Shown here piece after piece: positions 18,582-27,483 of a DNA stretch of 52,106 bases. Below the pieces are notes generated by a model, which was given only the letters and a program-made list of their open reading frames with translations, was not told the DNA's origin and did no database searches. Source of the stretch: Elusimicrobiota bacterium (GTDB taxonomy: Bacteria > Elusimicrobiota > Elusimicrobia > Elusimicrobiales > UBA9959); NCBI GenBank assembly GCA_037137395.1, contig JBAXKK010000005.1, positions 1 through 52,106 on the forward strand, given 5' to 3'. Positions within the stretch are counted from its first letter, which is position 1; the number at the start of each line of letters is the position of its first letter. Position numbers and translations under genes: made by a program.

Positions 18582-19802
18582 ATGCGGAAACTTGATTTAA
18601 TTTTCTACTATACCCGGGATAACCGCTATAGCTTCAACGCGTTGGGAGGGGCGCTTGAAAGTTCCGGCCTGATCGGCGTCGATATTCTCCTCCCGGAAAC
18701 CGAAAAAACTCTTATAGAAGCCGTCAGTTCCTCTTTGGAAAAGGGACATACGACGGCGATAGCCTTGTCTTTTTTTACCGCTCAGGCTCCGCATACGGCA
18801 AGGCTGATCAAGCGCCTGCGCGGACACTTCGGCAGCCGGGCGCTTATATTGGCGGGCGGCCCGCACCCCAGCGGGGCGCCGGAAGCAGTCAGTGCCATGG
18901 GAGTGGATCATATTATAAAGGGGGAAGGTGAAAAAGCCATAATTGATCTCGCACGCGCTCTCTTGAAAGGCGGGCCGCCCGGAGAGAGAATCATCACGAC
19001 CGCCCGGGATCTGATAATGGACGATTATCTTCCGTTTTCACCGAAGTGGCACATGTTCGGCTCAATAGAAATAACGCGCGGCTGCCCTTTCGGCTGCTCT
19101 TACTGTCAAACCGCGTATCTTTTCGGAGCCAGGCAGCGCCACAGGAGCCTTGAAAACATCCTTTCCATAGTCAGCCTGATGAATACGGAGAAGCTGACCG
19201 ATATCCGTTTTCTCTCGCCGGACGCCTTCGCCTATGGATCAAAAGACGGCCGCACTCTGGCTTTAGACAAAGTGGAAGCGCTCCTGAAGGGCACACGCGA
19301 AATCATAGGTTCTAAGGGGAAGATTTTTTTCGGCACCTTCCCATCCGAAGTCAGACCCGATCACGTAACCCGGGAAACGCTGGAGCTGACCTGCCGCTAC
19401 GCCAGCAATAGGCGCCTGGTAATAGGCGCCCAAAGCGGCAGCCCGCGTATGCTGGAGGCAATACGCCGCGGGCACACCGTCGAGGATATCTACCGCGCGG
19501 CGGAGCTGGCCGCCGCCGCCGGGTTAGACGCGAACATTGACTTCATCTTTGGCCTCCCGGGCGAAACAGAACATGACACGGAACTGACCATAAAAGTTAT
19601 GGCGGACCTGGTAAAAATTGGCGCCAGGATACACGCGCATACATTTATGCCGCTGCCGCAGACCCCGTTCGCCAAAGAGTCTCAGGTCCCGCTAAGCGCC
19701 AGAACCGAAAAATCCCTCAAGACTCTGTGCTCACGCGGCCATGCCTTCGGCCAGTGGGAGCACCAAAGAGCAAGCGGGGTGCGGGGAGAAAAAGCGATTT
19801 AG
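18582..19802 (+). CDS. B12-binding domain/radical SAM protein (TIGR04013-like)
   Basis: LAGGPHPS..GEGE B12-binding-like region; EITRGCPFGCSYC radical SAM motif; FPSEVRP. Confidence 0.85.
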   Translation: MRKLDLIFYYTRDNRYSFNALGGALESSGLIGVDILLPETEKTLIEAVSSSLEKGHTTAIALSFFTAQAPHTARLIKRLRGHFGSRALILAGGPHPSGAPEAVSAMGVDHIIKGEGEKAIIDLARALLKGGPPGERIITTARDLIMDDYLPFSPKWHMFGSIEITRGCPFGCSYCQTAYLFGARQRHRSLENILSIVSLMNTEKLTDIRFLSPDAFAYGSKDGRTLALDKVEALLKGTREIIGSKGKIFFGTFPSEVRPDHVTRETLELTCRYASNRRLVIGAQSGSPRMLEAIRRGHTVEDIYRAAELAAAAGLDANIDFIFGLPGETEHDTELTIKVMADLVKIGARIHAHTFMPLPQTPFAKESQVPLSARTEKSLKTLCSRGHAFGQWEHQRASGVRGEKAI

Positions 19803-19841
19803 ATGCACCGCGTTTTAGTTTACGATCCCGCGGGGTAGCCA

Positions 19842-19909
19842 TAGGCCTTAAGGCCCAAACCTTCTTGGGTATAAGGCCACTCGAAGCACGGGATGCTGAA
19901 TGGTATAAT
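19842..19909 (+). promoter_or_regulatory. Promoter with upstream tandem inverted-repeat boxes
   Basis: Boxes at 19843-19856 and 19867-19880; TCGAAG - 17 nt - TATAAT (19904-19909) with extended TG. Confidence 0.65.
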
Positions 19910-19947
19910 ATTTGTGCGGTATAATCTAAATACAAGTGTGGGGTATA

Positions 19948-20838
19948 ATGAAAAAAATAAATATAATGGCTGCTTTCTCGCTTATCTTCGCGGCAGTTGC
20001 TTATACCAGCGCGGAAGATATAAAAATAGATTTTGACGGCAGCAAGTCTGCCGATAATACTAAAATAGATGTTGACCTGCAGGCGATGCCCGCGCCCGCC
20101 GCCGAAGCGGCTTCCGGTCCTAAATGCGGACATGTCTCCGGAGAGATAACAAAGCTCAACCTTCTGGCGCAAACCTCAAAAAGCACACTTTTCACCTATG
20201 CTGATACTGAACCGTTGTTCAAAGAGTTTGTGGATATGTGGACGCCTATACTTAACAAATTTGATCTCAAACCCGCAGGTGTTGAATATAAAAATCGCCT
20301 CGGCATGCTTAGATATGAATCGGCGAACGGCATGGTAGTCCGCGATTTCATGGTCGACAAACTTCATTACAACGCCTTAGACGCGGCGGACATGGGAAAA
20401 CTCCAGCACGAACTCCTTGAGCCGCTGGAAAAGGCGGGCATGACCCCGGTGGCTTCTTTTAATATTAAACACGCTATCTTCCGCCCGACCTTCAACATCT
20501 ATTATCTGACGAAGCCCAATGAGAACCCGGACCATGAGATTCGCCTGCGCCAGCTAATGAACGGCGATGACATTGACTTTGATGTTATTGCCGGTGCCGT
20601 GCAGATAGTGAAGAAAGACGCATCATTCTCCCTGGTTTACATCGGCAAACAGCTTGGGTTTAAAACCAAGTGGTCCGCCACTGAAGAAGGCGTTAAGACC
20701 AAGCTTGAGGAGTACAAAAAGTTCCTGAAGGAAAACAACAAGGAATTCATCGGTTCGAAAATAGTAAAACTGGACCAGCCCTATACCGCCGGAGATCTGG
20801 TCATAAATTACGTAGTCAATATGTACTTTTTCCAGTAA
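19948..20838 (+). CDS. Exported hypothetical protein
   Basis: MKKINIMAAFSLIFAAVAYTSA signal peptide; ATG at 19948 preferred over GTG at 19936. Confidence 0.8.
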   Translation: MKKINIMAAFSLIFAAVAYTSAEDIKIDFDGSKSADNTKIDVDLQAMPAPAAEAASGPKCGHVSGEITKLNLLAQTSKSTLFTYADTEPLFKEFVDMWTPILNKFDLKPAGVEYKNRLGMLRYESANGMVVRDFMVDKLHYNALDAADMGKLQHELLEPLEKAGMTPVASFNIKHAIFRPTFNIYYLTKPNENPDHEIRLRQLMNGDDIDFDVIAGAVQIVKKDASFSLVYIGKQLGFKTKWSATEEGVKTKLEEYKKFLKENNKEFIGSKIVKLDQPYTAGDLVINYVVNMYFFQ

Positions 20839-20875
20839 TAGCTGCAAGCGCTAAAAAGCGGAGCATAAAAATAAT

Positions 20876-20923
20876 TGAAGCCGGATGCCGCAGGGAGAAT
20901 TCTCCTTACAGCGTCCGGCTTCA
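20876..20923. terminator. Long imperfect palindrome between convergent genes (possible bidirectional terminator or REP)
   Basis: TGAAGCCGGATGCCGCAGGGAGAA/TTCTCCTTACAGCGTCCGGCTTCA, 24-nt arms with 4 transition mismatches. Confidence 0.5.
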
Positions 20924-20940
20924 GGCGTTATGCGGAATGC

Positions 20941-20974
20941 TAACCTGAAAACTTTAGTTGAAGTTTTCAGGTTA
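20941..20974. repeat. Hairpin with the same termini as the 963-1154 element
   Basis: TAACCTGAAAACTT-6 nt-AAGTTTTCAGGTTA; includes the asnS stop codon. Confidence 0.6.
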
Positions 20975-22375
20975 AAACTCGGCGGAACCGGGAACTCTGG
21001 GGAAAGCGGTCACATCGCGGATATTGGAGATGCCGGTCACCAGCATCATCATTCTCTCAAAGCCCAATCCAAACCCCGAATGGGGAACTGAGCCGAAACG
21101 TCGTAAATCAAGATACCACCAATACCCCTCAGGGCTTATTTTAAAATCGGCCATCTTTTTCTCAAGAACATCCAGGCGATTCTCACGCTCGCTGCCGCCG
21201 ATCAGTTCGCCGATACGGGGGACAAGCAGGTCCATTCCCCGCACGGTCTTACCGTCATCGTTAAGTTTCATGTAGAAGGATCCCACTTCTTTGGGCTTGT
21301 TATAAAGTATAGTCGGCTTTTTAAAATAGTTCTCCACAAGAAAGCGCTCGTGCTCCGAGGCCAGATCCACGCCCCAGCTCACTTTCGCCTCAAAGCGGGC
21401 GTTCTCGGGCTCAAGGATCTTTACCGCATCGGTATAGGCCAGGCGCTCATAATTATTCTCAGTAACATTTTTAAGGGTAGCCATGAGGTCCGTATCCACG
21501 AATCTGGAGAACAGATCCATGTCAGACTGGCAGTTCTCCAGGACATGTCTGGTAATGCTCTTTACAAAATCCTCGGCCAGAGCCATATTATCTTGGAGCT
21601 CATAAAAAGCCATCTCGGGCTCGATCTGCCAAAACTCCGCGCAGTGGCGGTAGGTGTTGGAGTTCTCAGCCCTGAACGTCGGGCCAAACGTGTAGATCTT
21701 ACCCAGGGCCAAAGCCATAGTTTCGCCTTCCAGCTGGCCGGAAACCGTCAGGTAGGTTTTCTTACCGAACAAATCCTTTGAGAAATCAATCTCTCCTTTA
21801 TCAGTTTTGGGCAAGGCAGCCGTATTGCCGAGGTCCAGGCTCGTAGCCGTGAACATCTGCCCCGCGCCTTCGCAATCTGAGGCGGTGAGGATGGGGGTGT
21901 GAACGTAAAAAAAACCGTTATCGCGGAAATACTTATGAACGGCGAAGGACAGCTCGGAACGTATCCGGAGCATGGCGGAGTACTTATTTGTGCGGGGCCG
22001 CAGGTGCGCCACCGTGCGCAGAAATTCATCGGAGGTTTGTTTCTTCTGGATGGGGAACTTTTCCGGATCACAGCCGCCGTATATTTCAACTTTCTTGGCG
22101 TGCAATTCCACTTTTTGCCTGGCTCCGGCCGGAGCCTCCCGAAGATCCCCGGTAATGGCGACGGAAACTCCGGTGACCAGCATGGGCAGGACGGCTGTAA
22201 AATCCCCGTCCTTCGCTTCAAATATTATCTGCAGATTCTCGCGCGAGGACCCGTCACTCACTTCCGCAAAAGAGAAGGTCTTGGAATCGCGCCTGGTCTT
22301 TATCCAGCCCTTTACCACGATATTCTCGCGCGCGGCGGCGCTCTTAAGCAGTTCTTTCACGGTCATGGTTGCCAT
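20972..22375 (-). CDS. asnS: Asparagine--tRNA ligase
   Basis: YLTVSGQL, GPTFRAENSNT, EFWQIEPE, GGSERE and PHSGFGLGFER motifs. Confidence 0.97.
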   Translation of the reverse strand: MATMTVKELLKSAAARENIVVKGWIKTRRDSKTFSFAEVSDGSSRENLQIIFEAKDGDFTAVLPMLVTGVSVAITGDLREAPAGARQKVELHAKKVEIYGGCDPEKFPIQKKQTSDEFLRTVAHLRPRTNKYSAMLRIRSELSFAVHKYFRDNGFFYVHTPILTASDCEGAGQMFTATSLDLGNTAALPKTDKGEIDFSKDLFGKKTYLTVSGQLEGETMALALGKIYTFGPTFRAENSNTYRHCAEFWQIEPEMAFYELQDNMALAEDFVKSITRHVLENCQSDMDLFSRFVDTDLMATLKNVTENNYERLAYTDAVKILEPENARFEAKVSWGVDLASEHERFLVENYFKKPTILYNKPKEVGSFYMKLNDDGKTVRGMDLLVPRIGELIGGSERENRLDVLEKKMADFKISPEGYWWYLDLRRFGSVPHSGFGLGFERMMMLVTGISNIRDVTAFPRVPGSAEF

Positions 22376-22401
22376 TTTAGAGACTCCAAGCAGAGGGGAA
22401 A

Positions 22402-22932
22402 TTATTTTTTCTTTTTGACCGGGGGCGGAGGTATCTTTCCCACGGAAACAAGCTCAAGTTCGCAGGTCTTGTCCTCGCCGGTGTATTCCTCAAGGATATA
22501 GCCTACGCCAGGAGCGTAGTACCGCACCGATTTGCCGGCGTCTCCGCCCGCAAGCTTAGTCACGACTTTCATACAGTTCTGAAATTTACCGGCCTTGATG
22601 GAAACCTTGTCGGACATGGAAACTATTTCATTTGCGTCCGGGGCTTCGTTCCAGGTGAAGCCCTCTTTAGGGGGAAGGGGAAACTCCCTGCGGCCTCCGA
22701 CCATGACGCCGTCCGCGGTGGTCAGCCACTTTGCGTCCCGGGTAATGGTATATTCGTCGGTGTGCGTATCGCGCAGCTCGAATATCATCTCAACCTGAGC
22801 CACGGTCTTGCCGGGCTTCTTAGCGACCTTGACGATATCGATGAATACTTTGGCTATTCCCTCAAACTCCGTGCTCTTATACTTGTATTCAAATCTGGTG
22901 CCCTCTTTTAAAGGGAAATATTCCGATGCCAT
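22402..22932 (-). CDS. Hypothetical beta-rich protein
   Basis: YFPL..G..F.Y start, V.IKAGKF.NC and YYAPGVG motifs; SD GGAGG. Confidence 0.75.
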   Translation of the reverse strand: MASEYFPLKEGTRFEYKYKSTEFEGIAKVFIDIVKVAKKPGKTVAQVEMIFELRDTHTDEYTITRDAKWLTTADGVMVGGRREFPLPPKEGFTWNEAPDANEIVSMSDKVSIKAGKFQNCMKVVTKLAGGDAGKSVRYYAPGVGYILEEYTGEDKTCELELVSVGKIPPPPVKKKK

Positions 22933-23031
22933 TTATATCCTCCAAAGCTCGTGACCGTAAATCGTAAATATTCCGACAAAAACTTCTCACACACTTTTGC
23001 CGCTTCGCGTTTTACGCTTTACGGGCTTTAA

Positions 23032-23113
23032 AAATCTGGTGGACGTGAGGACCGCTTTTGAGCAAAGCATAATTATGCTTTGCGCGGAACGCTTTCAAAT
23101 CTGGTGGACGTGA
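23032..23113. repeat. 17-bp direct repeat of the tRNA 3' end flanking a palindrome
   Basis: AAATCTGGTGGACGTGA at 23032-23048 and 23097-23113; GCAAAGCATAATTATGCTTTGC between them. Confidence 0.85.
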
Positions 23114-23177
23114 CAGGGATCGAACCTGCGACCTCCTCGTTGCGAACGAGGCGCTCTCCCAACTGAGCTACACGCCC
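23102..23177 (-). tRNA. tRNA-Ala (anticodon CGC)
   Basis: 76-nt cloverleaf GGGCGTG...CACGTCC-ACCA; G3:U70 pair; anticodon arm CCTCG-TT CGC AA-CGAGG; GGTTCGATCC T-arm. Confidence 0.97.
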
Positions 23178-23198
23178 ATAACTACGGCTGCTTAAAAA

Positions 23199-24179
23199 CT
23201 ATTTAATCACTGACCCATTTTCCAGTGCAGCTTGTTTAACCCGGTTCTTGGCCTTAAGATGTTCGCTGAACCTTATGTTAAAGATATGCTTGCCTTTTCT
23301 GTCGGCCACAAAATAAAGCGCGTCTATTCCTGCCGGATTCAGAACCGCGTTAACCGAATCCGCGCCGGGGTTACAAATGGGCCCCGGAGGAAGGCCGCCT
23401 ACCGCGTAAGTATTATAGGCGGATTTAAATTTTAGGTCTTTATAAGTGAGACCTTTTTTCCAATAGGTCTGCCCCTTATCCCAGTAACCCAATGCGTACT
23501 GCACGGTCGGATCGGCTTCCAGCGCCATGCCTTTATAATACCTTTTCAGGTAGACCGCCGCTATCAGCGGGCGCTCGCTGGCTATCGCCGCCTCGCGCTC
23601 CACAATAGAGGCGATTATAAGGACTTTTTTTTCATCCAGCCCTTCCGCGAACCCTTTAGAGAACATCGGTCTCACCTGTCTGTCAAACTCCAATTTTAGC
23701 AAATTTATAACTTCCTGGGCAGGGGTGTTTTTTTTAAACTGATAAGTGGACGGGAACAGGTAGCCCTCAAGCCGGTCTTTTCTAGCCAGCGCCTCGAATT
23801 CAGCCCTGTCGGTCACACCGTTGGCCGCCAGACGCTCCGCTATCTGCTCCAGACGCCAGCCTTCCGGAATAACTATCTTAATATTATTGATGTAGGTGTT
23901 GTGCAGAATGCGCCACAAAGCTTCTTCCGAAGACATATACTTGCGAAAAGAATACTCTCCGGGCATAATTTTCTTGCCCGTGCCGGTAACCTTAACCAGC
24001 GCCCTGAACCAGGTGGCGCTGATAATCACATCATTATGTTTAAGAACAGACGCCACCTGCCCGGCGGCAGAACCCTCCGGGATAATCACCATCACTTTCC
24101 CGCCAGGCCAGAAAAAATAGCCGGAAGCCGGGATCGTCAGCAGGAGCAGGATAATCAGAATTTTGTTAACCTTTTTCAT
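23199..24179 (-). CDS. mltG: Endolytic transglycosylase MltG (YceG family)
   Basis: IPEG, LEGYLFPSTY, ASIVERE, LEADPT, YNTY and GLPPGPICNPG motifs. Confidence 0.95.
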   Translation of the reverse strand: MKKVNKILIILLLLTIPASGYFFWPGGKVMVIIPEGSAAGQVASVLKHNDVIISATWFRALVKVTGTGKKIMPGEYSFRKYMSSEEALWRILHNTYINNIKIVIPEGWRLEQIAERLAANGVTDRAEFEALARKDRLEGYLFPSTYQFKKNTPAQEVINLLKLEFDRQVRPMFSKGFAEGLDEKKVLIIASIVEREAAIASERPLIAAVYLKRYYKGMALEADPTVQYALGYWDKGQTYWKKGLTYKDLKFKSAYNTYAVGGLPPGPICNPGADSVNAVLNPAGIDALYFVADRKGKHIFNIRFSEHLKAKNRVKQAALENGSVIK

Positions 24180-24817
24180 ATCAGTTCTTTATGATACAGC
24201 GTCTGGTATCGGGGCCCCGTGCTTGCAAGCATGCTCTCGATCAGATCCAAGGATGCCACGACATCTGCGGCATTCAGCTTTTCAGCCCTCTCCGCCACCG
24301 AGGCCAGCGCAGCTCTATCAAGACCAACTTTCAGCCCGCTCTTTTGGCTGCGGCTGGAACTATTCCCGGTCTCAGGTAAAACCCTGATCTTTGCGTCCTG
24401 AGCCAACCTGGTGGAATTCACGCGGGCAATCGTTATATGGGCTGAGAACTCATGCTCGAAAACAAACCCTTCCGCCGTCAAACCTGCGCAGAGCTTCCCT
24501 GATATATCCTTAAGAGCGTCATCGCCCTCTTTAAGCCCCAGCCACAACACACGCGGGCGCTCAAAGGAGGGAAAAGCTCCGAATCCGCCCAGAGTTACCC
24601 GTATCCGCCTGAAGGCTCCGGCAGCCTCATCTATGACCTTCATTATCGCCGGAAGCGACGCTTGCGGAACATCGCCAAGAAAAGCGTAGGTCAGGTGTAT
24701 ATTCTTCGGCTCCACCCATTTCACCGAATTTACCAGAAGCGGCCTGGCGAATTCCTGCAGATCTGTAATCTTGGCAAGAACCGGCGCGGAAAACCCGGAA
24801 GCGATGAAAAGGCGCAT
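24176..24817 (-). CDS. thpR: RNA 2',3'-cyclic phosphodiesterase (2H family)
   Basis: MRLFIA start; HLT and HIT 2H motifs; PRVLW. Confidence 0.9.
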   Translation of the reverse strand: MRLFIASGFSAPVLAKITDLQEFARPLLVNSVKWVEPKNIHLTYAFLGDVPQASLPAIMKVIDEAAGAFRRIRVTLGGFGAFPSFERPRVLWLGLKEGDDALKDISGKLCAGLTAEGFVFEHEFSAHITIARVNSTRLAQDAKIRVLPETGNSSSRSQKSGLKVGLDRAALASVAERAEKLNAADVVASLDLIESMLASTGPRYQTLYHKELI

Positions 24818-24900
24818 ATTGAAAAAGTCATTAATACTGCAGGCTATTAGCCACCCGGCATACGTTTCTGTTTTTACCCGCATCCTGCCAGCCGCATTTA

Positions 24901-25824
24901 CTATTGTGCCTCATCCTGGTTCGCTGCAGCTTTGTGGCCGGCTTTAATTTTAAGCGCCTTTTTTAAGCGCGTCGCCCGCTTGCCCTTTTTGTTAACTTTA
25001 ACAGGCTTATCTATCTCCCGCCGTATAATATTGCGCTTAAAAACCTTGTCCCGTATGGCCATTTTCCGGGAGTCGCTGGCCGGCTTCCAGCTTTTTTTTA
25101 GAACATTCAAGCGGGCGCGCATAACAATAATGGACGTTTTATATCGGCTCATGCGGGACAGCGGCACCGGCCGAAAGCGCTTCTGGGATAGGGCGAAGGT
25201 CAGTTCGGTGTTTTTTTCCACCAGGTATTCTGTCTGAGTTTGGCCGTTCCCGGCCAGAGGACTAACCGCCACGCGTCCCTCGTCAAAAACCGCGACCCCG
25301 GTATCCTTGCCCAACTGCGAGTATTCCACGGCAAATTCTGTGCCTCGCACCGCGCAGACGGCCGAGGGCGTGCGCACCTGTATTTTCAGTTTTTCATCAA
25401 GAAAATGCTGTATCTTAGCTGATATATTCCCGAACTTCAGTGTGAATTCAGAATCCCTCTTATTGAGCGAAGATATTGCCAGTTCGGTATTCCTGCCGAC
25501 AGTGATGACACCTTTATCGTCCAGATAAACCTCAGCCACTCCGTCCGCGGTCTTTACAAAGTCGGCGGAATCCAGGGGCATCTCGCCTTCCAGAGTTGAC
25601 CATTCCTCACTTTCTAAAGCCCTAACCCGCACATCGCCGGAGATTTTTTTCACCCGCGCGTCCCATTCCTCATCCTGGCTCTGATTGTATTTGCCGGACT
25701 TCATGGCTTCCTGAAGCACCGCTTGATAATCCACCGTCTTGGAAGCGCTCTGGGCGTTAATCCGGGCGGGGATGAGCGCAAAACCCAGCGGCCAAAGCAA
25801 CAGGAACAGTTTTTGCATTTTCAT
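24901..25824 (-). CDS. Exported FecR-domain protein
   Basis: Signal peptide; VRTPSAVCAVRGTEF and VAVFDEGRV motifs. Confidence 0.8.
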   Translation of the reverse strand: MKMQKLFLLLWPLGFALIPARINAQSASKTVDYQAVLQEAMKSGKYNQSQDEEWDARVKKISGDVRVRALESEEWSTLEGEMPLDSADFVKTADGVAEVYLDDKGVITVGRNTELAISSLNKRDSEFTLKFGNISAKIQHFLDEKLKIQVRTPSAVCAVRGTEFAVEYSQLGKDTGVAVFDEGRVAVSPLAGNGQTQTEYLVEKNTELTFALSQKRFRPVPLSRMSRYKTSIIVMRARLNVLKKSWKPASDSRKMAIRDKVFKRNIIRREIDKPVKVNKKGKRATRLKKALKIKAGHKAAANQDEAQ

Positions 25825-25839
25825 TCCGAACCTTTAAAA

Positions 25840-27012
25840 TTACGCCGTTAGTTTTTTAAACTGTCTGCGGCCTACCTGCACCACGCAGTCTCTAGGCTCA
25901 AACACAACATCTTCGGAAACTTTCTCTCCGTCCAGTCGCACCGCTCCCTGTGTGATCTGGCGACGGGCTTCATTCATACCCTTGCACAGCCCGGAAGCAA
26001 CCAAAATATAGGAAAGTTTGCCGGCGCGCTCAACACGGAACGTTTCAATGTCGGCCGGTATCTCCTTTCTGGAGAAGATCTGTTCAAAGTTCTGGCGCGA
26101 CAATTGCGCGTCGTCGGAGTGGTGATATTTCTCAACCATCAGCATGGCCAGGCGCTTTTTGGCTTCCATCGGGTGCGCCTTCTTTACTTCTTCCAGATTC
26201 ACTGACGTGAGCAGTTCATAATACTTATACATCAACTCATCGGAAACTGACATCATCTTGCCGAACATTTCCTGCGGCTCATCGCTCAACGCCACATAAT
26301 TCCCGTAGGACTTGGACATCTTTTTAACGCCGTCGGTGCCCACCAGCAGCGGCATAGTTATTACGACCTGCGGCTCCTGGGAGTATATTTTCTGCAGGTC
26401 GCGACCTACCAAGAGGTTGAATATCTGGTCAGCCCCGCCCAGCTCTATATCGGCCTTAACGGCCACGGAGTCGTAGCCCTGAAAAATAGGATAAAGTATC
26501 TCGAGCAGACTGACGGGAGTCCCGGCGGCCATGCGGGTCTTAAAGTCTTCGCGTTCAAGGAGCCGGGAAATAGTTACGCTCTTGGCCACGGTTATAAAAT
26601 CGGAAACGCCCTTTGACTGATCGCCGATAAAAGCCTTAAGCCATTCGCTGTTAAAATGTATCTCAGTTTTTTCCTTGTCCAGTACTTTAAAAGCTTGCTG
26701 CGTGTAGGTCTCAGCGTTCTTGGACACTGTTTCGTGGTCGATAACTGGGCGGGTGGAATCTCTGCCGGAAGGGTCTCCTACCTGAGCCGTGAAGTCGCCG
26801 ATAATGAGCACGGCCGTATGACCCAGGTCCTGAAACTGGCGAAGCTTACCCAGCACCACACTGTGGCCGAGGTGAAGGTCACGACTGGTGGGATCCACGC
26901 CAAGTTTCACGCGCAGTTTTTTTCCCGAAGAAATCTTTTTAAGCAGATCCTCCCGGCTTACGATATCCACTACTCCTCTTGAAAGTTCCGCAAGCGCATT
27001 TTCGTTATTCAT
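25840..27012 (-). CDS. tyrS: Tyrosine--tRNA ligase
   Basis: GVDPT..LHLGH, QGYDS, ELGGADQ and KMSKS motifs; C-terminal S4-like domain. Confidence 0.98.
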   Translation of the reverse strand: MNNENALAELSRGVVDIVSREDLLKKISSGKKLRVKLGVDPTSRDLHLGHSVVLGKLRQFQDLGHTAVLIIGDFTAQVGDPSGRDSTRPVIDHETVSKNAETYTQQAFKVLDKEKTEIHFNSEWLKAFIGDQSKGVSDFITVAKSVTISRLLEREDFKTRMAAGTPVSLLEILYPIFQGYDSVAVKADIELGGADQIFNLLVGRDLQKIYSQEPQVVITMPLLVGTDGVKKMSKSYGNYVALSDEPQEMFGKMMSVSDELMYKYYELLTSVNLEEVKKAHPMEAKKRLAMLMVEKYHHSDDAQLSRQNFEQIFSRKEIPADIETFRVERAGKLSYILVASGLCKGMNEARRQITQGAVRLDGEKVSEDVVFEPRDCVVQVGRRQFKKLTA

Positions 27013-27122
27013 AATTCACCCTGTTTTAATAGCCGACAATCCGATAATCCTCAGCACCCTCTATAAGTTAATATTTTATTAATTTAAAGCCCCCAGTAAC
27101 AGAAAAATAACGTTGAAATCAT

Positions 27123-27482
27123 GGCAATGCCGCTAATGAGCTTTGGGCTAGGGAGTCGCAGGATAGCCCAGTCGGGTAGTCTAGGGCATGGGCCCCGTCG
27201 CCAGAGGAACATCAAGTGCTTTGAGCAAACTGGAGGGGCGGCGGCGGGTTTTCTGCGCGCTCCATCGGAGGGTTTTAAGACCGGGGTCTGGAGCGCATCC
27301 CTCCGGGATGGCGGTGAATGTCTGAGGCCAAAAGCATTGTCTTTTGGCCGAGTTCGCACGCCGGCGGAAGCCCCCGGTCTTCTTCTCCACAAAACCCGGA
27401 CCCGGAGTGCGCAGGAAACCCGGCGACGCCGCGACTAGGCCTCTCGCGTTGCTTTCCCCAAAGCCGATTGCCCCGGCATTAC
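27123..27482 (+). other. Long, highly structured intergenic element (MITE-like or ncRNA)
   Basis: Nested inverted repeats, including an 18-bp stem 27246-27263/27404-27421 and imperfect terminal IRs AATGCCG..GCTTTGGG / CCCAAAGC..CGGCATT. Confidence 0.55.
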
Positions 27483-27483
27483 A

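Noticed and set aside
23032..23177. Active genomic island or prophage at tRNA-Ala
   Set aside because: Only 48 bp between the repeats; no integrase or phage genes; flanking genes are ordinary chromosomal genes
27084..27438. Short overlapping ORFs on both strands
   Set aside because: No SD or protein motifs; best explained as by-products of a GC-rich palindromic element
27013..27483. T-box riboswitch upstream of tyrS
   Set aside because: No T-box consensus (GGTGGnACC) on the minus strand, and G-U pairing favours the opposite strand
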